In this document: piece after piece, positions 29,353 through 38,461 of the stretch | How positions within the stretch are numbered: position 1 is the stretch's first letter | Layout: each line of letters opens with the position of its first letter | Source of the DNA: Dehalococcoidia bacterium | GTDB taxonomy: Bacteria > Chloroflexota > Dehalococcoidia > Lucifugimonadales > UBA3495 | Assembly (NCBI GenBank): GCA_030740155.1 | Contig: JASLXV010000025.1 | Location: forward strand, 32,001 to 96,000 | DNA: 64,000 bases | Direction: 5' to 3' | Position numbers and translations under genes: made by a program | The notes under the pieces: generated by a model | Databases searched by the model: none | What the model saw: the letters and a program-made list of their open reading frames with translations, nothing else | Told to the model about the DNA's origin: nothing

Positions 29353-30150
29353 CTAGCTGGCTTCGTTCTTTTCCGCTTCAACCGGGTTGCTGAGCGTGCC
29401 GATGCCGGGGATCTCGACCTCAACCACGTCGCCCGGATGGAGCGCCTCGACGGCTCCGGGCGCCCCGGTCAGAATCAGGTCGCCGGAACGCAGGGTCACG
29501 AACTGGCTGATGCCGCTAACGATGGCGTAACAATCATGGGTCATCCCCGAGGTGCTGCCCCGGTCGTGCTCCTTCCCGTTCAGCCGCGTGATGATGTCCA
29601 GTCGATGGGGATCAACTTCGGTCTCGATCCAGGGACCTACGGGTCCGAAGGTGTCGGACCCCTTGCGGCGCCAGTTGGTCAAATCCTTCGACCAGGAGCC
29701 CTCGCCGCTGACGTCGTTGGCGCAAGTGTATCCCAGAATGAAGTGGCGTGCCTCGTCAGGCGTCACCCGGCGAGCGGGTCTGCCAATGACAATCACCAAT
29801 TCGCCCTCGTAGTGGACATAATCTGCCTCCGGGGGCAGCACGATGGGATCGGTATGGCCGATGATGCAGTTGACGCCCTTCTGCCAGGGCCGGAAAACCC
29901 CCGCCTCCCGGCGGATTCTTTCGGCGTCCAGTGCTCCTTCTTGGTGAGCGACATGGGCTGCGTAGTTGAGCCCTACGGCCCAAAAGCTGGCAGCTTGGGT
30001 GGGCGGAAGGAGTTTCACCCGATCCAACGGGTAGGTTGCCTCTGAGATCGAGTATTCCCGGAAGATGTCTCCCTGAATCGCCCGCACTTCCGCCCCTTCC
30101 ACCAGCCCGTAGCTCTCCCACCCGTTGATGCGAAACCTGGCCAGTTTCAT
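29353..30150 (-). CDS. Fumarylacetoacetate hydrolase family protein
   Basis: VGLNYAAH, HYEGELVIVIG, GYTCANDVS, KGSDTFGPVGP, GDLILTG. Confidence 0.92.
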   Translation of the reverse strand: MKLARFRINGWESYGLVEGAEVRAIQGDIFREYSISEATYPLDRVKLLPPTQAASFWAVGLNYAAHVAHQEGALDAERIRREAGVFRPWQKGVNCIIGHTDPIVLPPEADYVHYEGELVIVIGRPARRVTPDEARHFILGYTCANDVSGEGSWSKDLTNWRRKGSDTFGPVGPWIETEVDPHRLDIITRLNGKEHDRGSTSGMTHDCYAIVSGISQFVTLRSGDLILTGAPGAVEALHPGDVVEVEIPGIGTLSNPVEAEKNEAS

Positions 30151-30231
30151 GTAGCCTCCTCTCTCACGATCCGAGGTTGCCTCGGAGGCGCGCTGCCGGG
30201 AGCCAGGGGGTTCGCCGATCCAGGGCCCAGT

Positions 30232-30342
30232 GGACCCCTGAACGGCTCGGTGCACCTCGACATAATGAGTCGATCCATGTCTTGAACCCGGACAGGTAGC
30301 TTGGCATCAGATTTGGGGTCAAGGCCATGGCACACAAGGTCC
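30232..30342. ncRNA. Candidate structured RNA (6S-like long hairpin)
   Basis: GGACC..GGTCC closing stem, CCATGTCTTGAACCC/GGGGTCAAGGCCATGG inner stem and a TCGAC/GTCGA side hairpin, all intergenic. Confidence 0.3.
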
Positions 30343-30488
30343 GCGGTACTTGCCGTGCTGGAAACAAGGCAGGCCACCGCCAGGCGACGCACCGGCCCGA
30401 CCCACATGACCCTGGTTATCGCGGCGTCGCCGGCGTCGCGGTTTGCGACTAAATCCTCAGCCGCGAGGCCGGCGCAGAGTCCGCTGGT

Positions 30489-31310
30489 CTAGTTGCGGGC
30501 CAACTCCGGAGCGAGCACCGGCGGCTCACCCTTCACGCTCTCTACCAGTTGGTACGCGCGGGCTACCGTGTCCTCCGAACCTTCCATGGCAAGGATGACG
30601 GAACCTTCGCTTCCGCCGACTCCTCCGGAACTCACGTGCATGGCGCTGACACCGGTCAGGACCGTCAACGCCTCAATCTCCGTCACCACCAGCGAGGTTA
30701 CCACAGGAAGCAGGCCGCACGACTTCCCCATCACCGTGTCGAAGAGCGTGTTGCCGCACATGAAGTAGGCTTTGGTGACGGAGGGAATCAGCCGCTCCAA
30801 GCTCACGGGCTGGATGAGGTGTGACCCCCGGGAACTCAAGAGCGGCCATGAGAAGCCGATGGTCCCGCCCGAGGATCCAGCCACCAGAATGCCCGTGTTA
30901 CCCTCCGGGTCGAGGGCGTTGGCCCCTTTGATGGATACGTCGGTGGCCGTGAACTCCTCCATCACCGTTTCCGCGGGCTCGTCCACCAAGGCGCCGTCCC
31001 GGAAGACCCACGGCCCGATGCGCTGCCGCGGGATAGTGGTGGCCAGCTTCGCGTCGGCGATTATGCCCGCGGTGCAGATCTCTTTGGGCAAGGTGTCGCC
31101 CAGCAGTTCTTCAACGATGTATGCCGGGGTCACGCCCCGGGAGATTATCAGCAGGCCTTTTTCACGGACCCTTCGTACCTCCGGTAGCTCCAGCATCGCT
31201 TTCGCGATCAGCCGCTTGGACTCGGAGGGAGTGAGCACGACGATTGCGTGAGCGCGCTCATCTCTGGTCCCTGCCAGCTTTTCCCGGAACATTTCGATAT
31301 CGTAGAACAT
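30489..31310 (-). CDS. Conserved hypothetical protein (CoA-transferase/sugar-isomerase-like segment)
   Basis: LTPSESKRLIAKA, IKGANALDPEG, GGTIG, PVSLERLIP, VTEIEAL, GGVGGSEGS. SD GAGGAGG. Confidence 0.7.
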   Translation of the reverse strand: MFYDIEMFREKLAGTRDERAHAIVVLTPSESKRLIAKAMLELPEVRRVREKGLLIISRGVTPAYIVEELLGDTLPKEICTAGIIADAKLATTIPRQRIGPWVFRDGALVDEPAETVMEEFTATDVSIKGANALDPEGNTGILVAGSSGGTIGFSWPLLSSRGSHLIQPVSLERLIPSVTKAYFMCGNTLFDTVMGKSCGLLPVVTSLVVTEIEALTVLTGVSAMHVSSGGVGGSEGSVILAMEGSEDTVARAYQLVESVKGEPPVLAPELARN

Positions 31311-31894
31311 ATGCGCCTCCTCTGGCTCGTAAATCAGGTTCACATTGTAGCAGGGATGTCACGTCGCCACAGCGGTTTCCGTTTCCAACCTGGAAGAGCG
31401 ATGGCAGACAGCTCGATCGGGCAGTTATGATAGACCAGGCGGGGTGTCCTGCACGCGCTCGGTCGCACCGGCACCGAGGTGGCTCCGCCTGGTGTCCCAA
31501 TTCCTACTTCGCCGTCCACCTGCCAGGTCCGCGGGATCGCGTTCAAGAAAAGAGTGAGCGTTTCGACCCTCTCCGACGCTCCGTAGAACTAGCTCGATGG
31601 CCGAACTCGGGAGCCTTCCGAGCGGCCGCAATAGCGAAAACACATTATCGGACATGCTCAATTTCGAAGTTGACCCTGTACCTAACTTCCTGTACTATGG
31701 GGCACGGCCTACAATCCCTGAGGTCGATGACGACAACGGCCGGCAAACGGCCGTTCCTACATAGGTATCGGGTGCGGCAGCGAAAAGAATCGTCAGGCCC
31801 ACCGGACCGGAAGCGGTGAATGCGGCCCGGAGTTGGGCTGTCGTGGGGCGTCTCCGGCCTACCAGGGAAGGACCTTGCTGGAGGTAACCCCCGA

Positions 31895-32599
31895 ATGGAA
31901 GAAACACCGCAACGGGTGTTGGTAGTTATTCCTCACCCCGATGACGCTGAGTTCTGGTGCGCTGGGACCGTCGCTTGGTGGGTCAGCCAGGGAGCGTCGG
32001 TTTGCTACGTTTTGTGCACCGACGGCGACAAAGGCAGCAGCAATCCCCACGCTACTTCCCAGGAACTGGCGCCGGCCCGGGAGCGGGAGCAAAGGGAAGC
32101 CGCCCGAATATTGGGAGTGGAGGAAGTGGTGACGCTGCACCGCCCCGATGGAGAACTCGAAGACACCAGAGATTTTCGCCGGGAGATCGTTCGCCAGATT
32201 CGGCGGGTCCGGCCCGAGCTGGTGCTGTGCCCGGAGCCGTACCGCAGGAACCTGGCCTGGCACCGGGACCACCGGATAGCCGGCCAGGTCACGCTGGACG
32301 CGGTCTTTCCCTGGGCCCGGGATCACCTGCATTTTCAGGAGCTTTGGGAGGAAGAGGGGCTGGAGCCTCATAAGACGGGCACGATCCTATTTTGGGGCGC
32401 CGAGCAACCCGATACCCACATTAACATAAGCGATACGATTGACCTGAAGATTCAGGCGGTGCTGGCCCATCAGAGCCAGATGACGAATCGCACCGAACCC
32501 GAACTTCGGGAGTTCGTCAAGAATTGGGCCAAGACCGCCGGGGCGGACCAGGAGTACACCTACGCGGAAGCCTTCCGCAAGCTCACCTTTCGGGCCTAG
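31895..32599 (+). CDS. PIG-L/LmbE family deacetylase (MshB/BshB-like)
   Basis: PHPDDAE, TDGDKG, REREQREAA..LG, HRDH, AHQSQ. Confidence 0.9.
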   Translation: MEETPQRVLVVIPHPDDAEFWCAGTVAWWVSQGASVCYVLCTDGDKGSSNPHATSQELAPAREREQREAARILGVEEVVTLHRPDGELEDTRDFRREIVRQIRRVRPELVLCPEPYRRNLAWHRDHRIAGQVTLDAVFPWARDHLHFQELWEEEGLEPHKTGTILFWGAEQPDTHINISDTIDLKIQAVLAHQSQMTNRTEPELREFVKNWAKTAGADQEYTYAEAFRKLTFRA

Positions 32600-32630
32600 T
32601 TCTAATGACTTGTAAATGGTTTGATACCCA

Positions 32631-32700
32631 GTCCGTCATCCCGGCGAAGGCCGGGGTCCACCTGACGCTTCTCTGGATTCCGGCCTTCGCCGGAAAGACG
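32631..32700. repeat. REP-like palindromic element, copy 1
   Basis: GTCATCCCGGCGAAGGCCGGGGTCCA...TGGATTCCGGCCTTCGCCGGAAAGAC; 64/70 identical to the reverse complement of 44939-45008. Confidence 0.85.
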
Positions 32701-32974
32701 GGTGTGGTGGGAGAATATCGCTCGCTTTCGCCGATGTAGAGCTATTTACGGACAGGACACTGGATTCTCCTCCGCCGCTTCATTGCGGGTAGTAGCAGCC
32801 TGGGTCTGACCGGCGGCAAGCATTCGAATCGGCTGCTAAGCCGGAAGCCGGTTTCCGCGACCCTTCTGAAACCCCCGGTGATAGCCTCGTGCACTCTCGG
32901 GGGCCGGGCTTGGCCAGCGAAGCATCTGCTACAATTGAATCTTAGAGCCTGCATCCACTGTGTTTGGAAGGTAT

Positions 32975-34672
32975 ATGCACCCAGCCCCACCTATCAAGTT
33001 TCACCGACCGATGGCGTTACTGGTCCTCGTCCCTCTGCTCTTTGTTCTGGCTTGCGGAACCTCCGGCGAAGCCGTCGAGCCCGAAGACGAGCTTGGGCAA
33101 GTGTGGGAAGCCTGGCGGCAGATCAACGGGGCCGAGGCGAGCCCAGACAGCGCGGCAAAACCGGATCCGGACGCGGTGGTGGGCAGCACCCTCCGGAGCT
33201 TGCTGGACGAGGCCGGCGTGCTTTCCTATCCCTTTCTCACCGATGTGGGACGCCTGCGGGGCCAGGTGCCGCCCGAAGTTCCGGATGAGTTGGCCGATGT
33301 GTGGCGGGCGTTGGTCCTGCACCAGGATCGGTGGCCGGAGGTTGAACGGTCCGAATTGGTCCAAACCACCATCTTGGCAATGAACGAGGCTGCTGGGACC
33401 GGGGATGAAACCGGGCTGGTGTGGGAGGCCTGGCGGCGAATCGACGAGTCTTATGCGGGGACGGAGGACCTGGACCCCGACGGGGCGGTCAGCGGCGCGA
33501 TCCGAGGCCTGCTGGAGCTGAGCGACGCCGGGCCCTATCCCTTTCTGGCCGACGTGGGCCGGATGTGGGACCGGGTTCCCTCGGGCGTTCCCGACGAACT
33601 GGCCGACCTCTGGCGCGGATTGGCCTTGTACCAGGAGCGTTGGCCGGAGGTCGAGCGGTCCGATTCGGTCGAAGCCGCCATCTCTGGTATGGTGGCCGGC
33701 CTGGGAGACCCGGCGGCCGCCTTCTTCGACGCCGATTCCTACGCGGAGGCCCGGAATGCCCTGGACGAAAGTCTGAAGGGTAGCTACCCCGGCATCGGCG
33801 CCAGGGTGGTGGACCAGGACGGCCAGATTCTGATGTTCCCGTTTCCGGATACCCCGGCGGAGAGTGCCGGGCTCGAAGCGGGCGACGTGCTGCTGGAGAT
33901 TGAAGGGGAACCGGTAGGCGGGAAGACCGTGCAAGAAGTGGTGGATCAAGTGGCCGGACCCCAGGGGACCAAGGTCAGGCTGCTGGTCGAGCGATCGGGG
34001 GAGCCGGAACCCCTCGAACTTAACGTGTTCCGGGGAACCATAGATTTGCCTTCAGTCTCCACCCAGTTGGCGCCCGGTGGAATTGGGTACGTCTACATCT
34101 CCCGGTTCCTGGACAACACTGGCGAACAGGTATTTGAGGCCCTTGAAAATCTCATGCAGTACGACATGCTGGCCTTGATCCTGGACCTACGGACCAATTC
34201 AGGCGGATCGGCGGAAGCGGCAGCAGATGTCGCCGGACAGTTCGTGGCGCCGGGCAGCGTATTCTTGAACTTGGAGGACCGGCGCGGTGACCGGCGGGAA
34301 CAGCGCATCCCAGAGGACATGGACCGCCTGGAGCTGGAGCAACTGTCGATGGTGGTGCTGGTGGATGAGGCTACTATCGGAGAGGCCGAGGCCCTGGCCG
34401 CGGTGCTGCAAGAGACCGGTCGCGCCGTGCTCATGGGCGCTGGCACCTTCGGCAGCATAGGAACCTACAGCTTCGTCGAACTCAGCGATGGCTCGGCGGT
34501 CTACCTTCCCACCGCCCGGTGGTATACCCCTGCGGGCAACCTTCTTGGGACCGAGGGTGTCCAGCCGGACGTGACAGTTCTCTATGACCCGGAAGCCGGG
34601 GGAGTTAGCGGTGAGAGCCAGTTCAACCGGGCCTACGGCTTCCTCAACGACCAGCTACCGCCCTTTCGTTAG
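32975..34672 (+). CDS. S41 (CtpA/Prc)-like lipoprotein with PDZ domain, catalytic residues lost
   Basis: Lipobox VLAC, GIGARV..PAESAGL..GD PDZ, IGYVYISRF, LILDLRTNSGG, ARWYTPAG...GVQPDV. Confidence 0.85.
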   Translation: MHPAPPIKFHRPMALLVLVPLLFVLACGTSGEAVEPEDELGQVWEAWRQINGAEASPDSAAKPDPDAVVGSTLRSLLDEAGVLSYPFLTDVGRLRGQVPPEVPDELADVWRALVLHQDRWPEVERSELVQTTILAMNEAAGTGDETGLVWEAWRRIDESYAGTEDLDPDGAVSGAIRGLLELSDAGPYPFLADVGRMWDRVPSGVPDELADLWRGLALYQERWPEVERSDSVEAAISGMVAGLGDPAAAFFDADSYAEARNALDESLKGSYPGIGARVVDQDGQILMFPFPDTPAESAGLEAGDVLLEIEGEPVGGKTVQEVVDQVAGPQGTKVRLLVERSGEPEPLELNVFRGTIDLPSVSTQLAPGGIGYVYISRFLDNTGEQVFEALENLMQYDMLALILDLRTNSGGSAEAAADVAGQFVAPGSVFLNLEDRRGDRREQRIPEDMDRLELEQLSMVVLVDEATIGEAEALAAVLQETGRAVLMGAGTFGSIGTYSFVELSDGSAVYLPTARWYTPAGNLLGTEGVQPDVTVLYDPEAGGVSGESQFNRAYGFLNDQLPPFR

Positions 34673-34899
34673 CCCAGCCTCCTGGCAACTCAGGCAAGCG
34701 TAGGCATCCCGGTTCGTCGGCAGGATGTCGCCGGCCACGTTCCGTTTCCGCCGGCACACGGAGCAGACGACGGTTTCGAGGGACTCCGTTTTCCTCGACG
34801 CCGTCTCTGCTCCGCAGATCCCCTGGTAATCGGGGTTGGCCTGCTTCAGCCGCTGGTAGCGCTCCAGGTCCTTCCGGCGGCTCGCCGTTGTTTCCCCAT
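34655..34899 (-). pseudogene. Small CxxC...CxxC zinc-finger protein with a 1-nt frameshift near the start
   Basis: Frame reads ...SRRKDLERYQRLKQANPDY...CSVCRRKRNV...CLSCQEAG...TAG. ATG at 34899 is out of frame by one base at GGGGAAA. Confidence 0.6.
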
Positions 34900-34922
34900 G
34901 GGCTGGAGTGCGGCCCGGGTGG

Positions 34923-35306
34923 CTAGCTTACCTCGACGACGGCGCCGGCCTCTTCTAATTTGCCCTTGATGGATTCGGCTTCGTCCTTAACCACGGCCTC
35001 TTTGACCTTGGTGGGGGCGGCCTCCACCAGTTCCTTGGCTTCGCGCAGCCCGAGTGAGGTGACTTCGCGAACGGCCTTGATGACGTTGATCTTGTTGGGC
35101 CCTATCTCCTTGATGGTCACGTCGAACTCGGTCTGCTCTTCCTCTTCGGGAGCGGCGTCTCCGCCGGCAGCAGCGCCGGGGGCAGCCGCCGCGGCCACCG
35201 GGGCCACCGCGATCGGGCCAAACACATCCTCCAGAGCCTTGTTCAAATCGGCAAGCTCCAGAACGGTCATGCTTTTGATAGCTTCTACAATTTCCTCTTT
35301 ACTCAC
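34923..35306 (-). CDS. rplL: 50S ribosomal protein L7/L12
   Basis: [41 protein letters not shown] start after GGAGG. Confidence 0.97.
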   Translation of the reverse strand: MSKEEIVEAIKSMTVLELADLNKALEDVFGPIAVAPVAAAAAPGAAAGGDAAPEEEEQTEFDVTIKEIGPNKINVIKAVREVTSLGLREAKELVEAAPTKVKEAVVKDEAESIKGKLEEAGAVVEVS

Positions 35307-35495
35307 GGACCCTCCTTTTTTTCGGCCGGGCATTCCCGGTGTTGAGTGCATAGTTTACGAGGTTTCAAGAAACCTGCGCTTACCCCGGAAAGGTTCTTGG
35401 AGACACACCACGCTGCGGCGGAGGGAGCGGCCTCAAGAAAACCTTGCGGGAACGCGGGTTCATATTCGAATCAAGATATCTTGTGGGCGGAACCT

Positions 35496-36035
35496 CTAGC
35501 CATCGGATTCGGTGGATTCAAGGTGCCGGATTCTGGCTTGTAGCATCGCGCTGAAGTTCACGATGGGGCTGTTGAGCACGACCATCAGGCGCTGGATCGG
35601 CGATTGCAACTGAGCCATCATGGCGGCCACAAGCTGAGGCTTGCCAGGCAAGGCGGCCAGGCGGGCTACCTCTGCCGGCGCCATCGCCGGGCCGTCACCC
35701 ATGACTGCTCCGCGGATCGCCAGCACCGTTCGGGTGGTGCGAATGTAGTCGGCGAGGATCTTGGCAACCACCAGGGGATCGTCGTAGCCGAAGGCAACGG
35801 CAGTTGGTCCTTGGACGATCTCTTTTACCTGGGGGCGGCTCGCCGCCTCGGCGGCCAGGTCCATCAGAGTGTTCTTCACCACGGTGAACTCCACTCCGGA
35901 GGCTCGCATGCGCCGCCGCAACTCGGTCATCTCGTTGACCGAAATGCCGGTGTAATCGGCGGTCACCGCTATGGTGCACCGCTCAAGCTTTTCAGCAAGG
36001 GCGCTCACTCGGTCGATTTTTTGCTCGGTCGGCAA
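35496..36035 (-). CDS. rplJ: 50S ribosomal protein L10
   Basis: DYTGISV, VVKNTL, GPTAVAF, LAALPGK. Confidence 0.95.
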   Translation of the reverse strand: MPTEQKIDRVSALAEKLERCTIAVTADYTGISVNEMTELRRRMRASGVEFTVVKNTLMDLAAEAASRPQVKEIVQGPTAVAFGYDDPLVVAKILADYIRTTRTVLAIRGAVMGDGPAMAPAEVARLAALPGKPQLVAAMMAQLQSPIQRLMVVLNSPIVNFSAMLQARIRHLESTESDG

Positions 36036-36059
36036 ACTGGTCCCCCCTTTATCTGCAAT

Positions 36060-36188
36060 TCACAAAAAAACCGCGCCCAAGTCGAGGCGCGGAGAGCAAA
36101 GATAGCCCTTTTCAGGCTTTGCTGCGCCTCGGCGGGCGTTTGACTGTCTTTAGCCCCGCCGGTGGCGGGGACCCGCGGTCTACGGCTT
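36060..36188 (-). promoter_or_regulatory. L10 leader RNA
   Basis: CCGTAGACCGCGGGT...CTAAAG...GCCCGCCGAGGCGC core, then CCGCGCC..GGCGCGG-TTTTTTT hairpin directly upstream of rplJ. Confidence 0.8.
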
Positions 36189-36221
36189 CGGTGTGGTTGT
36201 TGGTTTGTTTTCGACTCTTGG

Positions 36222-36938
36222 CTACTCCGTGGGCTTCAGGGCCTGGAGGCCGCTCAGGTCCAGGGCAACACCCGGCCCCATCGATGAGGTGAGAAAGGCC
36301 GATCGCAGGAACGAGCCCTTGACCGCCGAGGGCTTGGCCCGAAGTATCGAGTCCATCAGCGTCGCCAGGTTTTCCAACAGGCGGCCGGCTTCGAAGCTTG
36401 CCTTGCCGATGGGGCTGTGGATAATCGCCGTTCGGTCGGTCCGGTACTCCAGGCGGCCGGCCTTGGCTTCTTTGATGACCCTGGGCAGGTCCTGGGGTTG
36501 GACCATGGTACCGGACCGGGGGTTCGGCATCAATCCGCTACGTCCCAAGATGCGCCCCAGCTTGCCGATCTTGGGCATGACCTGGGGTACTGCCAGACCA
36601 ACGTCGAACTCCATCCAGCCGCCCTCGATCTTCTCGATCAGGTCGTCCTCGCCAACGAAGTCGGCTCCGGCTTGCCGGGCGATTTCCATGGAGTCGCTGC
36701 CGGTGAATACCAGCACCCGCACCGGTTTCCCCAGCCCGTGGGGCAACACCGTCACGCCCCGCACCATTTGGTCGGCGTGGCGAGGGTCGGCGTTGGTTCG
36801 CAGATGGATCTCAACGGTCTCATCGAACTTGGCGGTGGCCAGTTTCTTCACGAGTTCGATGGCCTCCTGGGGCTGATGGAGGCCATCCTCCGGCACCAGT
36901 TCGGCTACCGCGCCATATCTTCGGCTGTGCTTTACCAT
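36222..36938 (-). CDS. rplA: 50S ribosomal protein L1
   Basis: AKFDETVE, DQMVRG..LPHGLGK, LGRSGLMPNPRSGT, SSMGPG. Confidence 0.97.
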   Translation of the reverse strand: MVKHSRRYGAVAELVPEDGLHQPQEAIELVKKLATAKFDETVEIHLRTNADPRHADQMVRGVTVLPHGLGKPVRVLVFTGSDSMEIARQAGADFVGEDDLIEKIEGGWMEFDVGLAVPQVMPKIGKLGRILGRSGLMPNPRSGTMVQPQDLPRVIKEAKAGRLEYRTDRTAIIHSPIGKASFEAGRLLENLATLMDSILRAKPSAVKGSFLRSAFLTSSMGPGVALDLSGLQALKPTE

Positions 36939-36966
36939 ACTTGATCCTTGTGGGCCACGACGGCAG

Positions 36967-37395
36967 CTAGTCCCCTTCGACCTTGATTCCCATGCTGCGG
37001 GCAGTGCCTTCAATAATGGACATTGCAGCCTCCACGGAGGAGGCGTTCAAATCCGTGGCTTTTGCTTCGGCTATTTCTTTGAGGGCCTTCCGGCTGATTG
37101 TGCCCACAGGTCCCTGCCTGGCTTCGGTGGCACCTTTCTCGACAGACGCCGCCTTGCGCAACAGGTCGGAAGCGGGCGGGGTGCGAGTTACGAAGCTGAA
37201 TGAACGGTCCTCGAATACGGTGAGGTGCACCGGAACGATCGTACCGCTCTTGTCCGCGGTGCGAGAATTATACTCTTTGACGAAGCCCATGATGTTGACG
37301 CCATGCTGGCCCAACGCGGGACCCACCGGAGGTGCGGGTGTCGCCTTTCCCGCCTCCAACTGCAGCTTGATTATCGCTCGTACCTTTTTGGCCAC
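36967..37395 (-). CDS. rplK: 50S ribosomal protein L11
   Basis: [27 protein letters not shown]. Confidence 0.97.
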   Translation of the reverse strand: MAKKVRAIIKLQLEAGKATPAPPVGPALGQHGVNIMGFVKEYNSRTADKSGTIVPVHLTVFEDRSFSFVTRTPPASDLLRKAASVEKGATEARQGPVGTISRKALKEIAEAKATDLNASSVEAAMSIIEGTARSMGIKVEGD

Positions 37396-37404
37396 CGTTC
37401 GCTC

Positions 37405-37983
37405 CTAAATGCGTTCGACCTGCAGGAAATCCAGCTCCACCGGGGTTTCCCTTCCGAAGAAGGAGACCAGGACCCGTACTTTGCCCTTGCCCTCATCGAC
37501 ATCGCTGATGGAGCCGATGAAATCAACAAACGGTCCTTCGGTGATGCGCACTGTTTCGCCCCTTTCCAGGCCGATCTTGATGCGCGTTGTTCCGGATTCC
37601 ACCTGCTTGAGAATGCCTTCTATCTGCTTGTCTTCCAGGGGCACCGGTTTGGGCCGTTTGTCGGATTCGTCTTCGGTCGAGACGAACCCGGTCACCCCCG
37701 GGGTATTGCGGACCGCGTACCAGCTTTCGTCATCCATGGACATCTGGACCAGGATGTAGCCAGGGAACAGCTTTCGCCGCTCCGAGCGCCTTTTGCCGTC
37801 CTTGAACACCACCTCTTCTTCGGTGGGCACCAGCACCTCGAGGATGCGGTCCTGCATGTCGAGGCTCTGAATTCTCAACTTGAGGTTCTTCTCGACCAGG
37901 TCTTCCTGCCCGGAATAGGTGTGCACGATGTACCACCTGGGGGCAGAACTCTCGGTTGTTTGAGGATCGTTGGTCGTGGTCAT
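37405..37983 (-). CDS. nusG: Transcription termination/antitermination factor NusG
   Basis: WYIVHTYSG, FPGYILV, TPGVTGFV, KOW GPF...FGRETPVEL. Confidence 0.97.
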   Translation of the reverse strand: MTTTNDPQTTESSAPRWYIVHTYSGQEDLVEKNLKLRIQSLDMQDRILEVLVPTEEEVVFKDGKRRSERRKLFPGYILVQMSMDDESWYAVRNTPGVTGFVSTEDESDKRPKPVPLEDKQIEGILKQVESGTTRIKIGLERGETVRITEGPFVDFIGSISDVDEGKGKVRVLVSFFGRETPVELDFLQVERI

Positions 37984-38038
37984 GATGGCGAATCCGCAGC
38001 CGCGTTGTTGGCAACCCACGCTGGCATTTTCGGGATGG

Positions 38039-38281
38039 TTAGCCTATAAGCACGAATCTGTCGAAGGTCTCTTTCAATATCCGGTCAAGCCCCCCCAGGA
38101 AGAAGCCCATGACGAACGATAAGGCGATGACCACCATGGTGAGCCGCGCCGTTTCCTCGCGGCTGGGCCAGACTGACTTCCGCAGTTCGGATGCGGTTTC
38201 CCGGAGGAAGGCCACCGGGCTCACGCGTCCGGCGGCGCCCGAAGAGGCGATCCTGGGGCTACGAGTCGAACTCCTGGCCAT
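38039..38281 (-). CDS. secE: Preprotein translocase subunit SecE
   Basis: FLRETASELRKSVWPSR plus one TM helix; synteny. Confidence 0.92.
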   Translation of the reverse strand: MARSSTRSPRIASSGAAGRVSPVAFLRETASELRKSVWPSREETARLTMVVIALSFVMGFFLGGLDRILKETFDRFVLIG

Positions 38282-38287
38282 GAGGGA

Positions 38288-38458
38288 CTACCTCACTTCC
38301 CGATGAGAGGTATGGTTGCGGCAGCGGGAGCAGTATTTTCGCAGCTCCAGCCGCTGGGGATCGTTGCGCCGGTTCTTGACGGAGGTGTAGTTACGCTCCC
38401 GGCAATCGCCGCATTGCAACGTGATTATCAGTCGGACATCTGCTGTCTTTCTGGCCAT
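38288..38458 (-). CDS. rpmG: 50S ribosomal protein L33 (Zn-binding form)
   Basis: Read manually (below ORF cutoff): [56 protein letters not shown]. Confidence 0.95.
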   Translation of the reverse strand: MARKTADVRLIITLQCGDCRERNYTSVKNRRNDPQRLELRKYCSRCRNHTSHREVR

Positions 38459-38461
38459 TTC

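Noticed and set aside
28558..30045. Long antisense ORFs (also 13438-14868, 42637-44052, 62248-63675)
   Set aside because: Shadow frames of well-supported opposite-strand genes in GC-rich DNA; no recognisable motifs.
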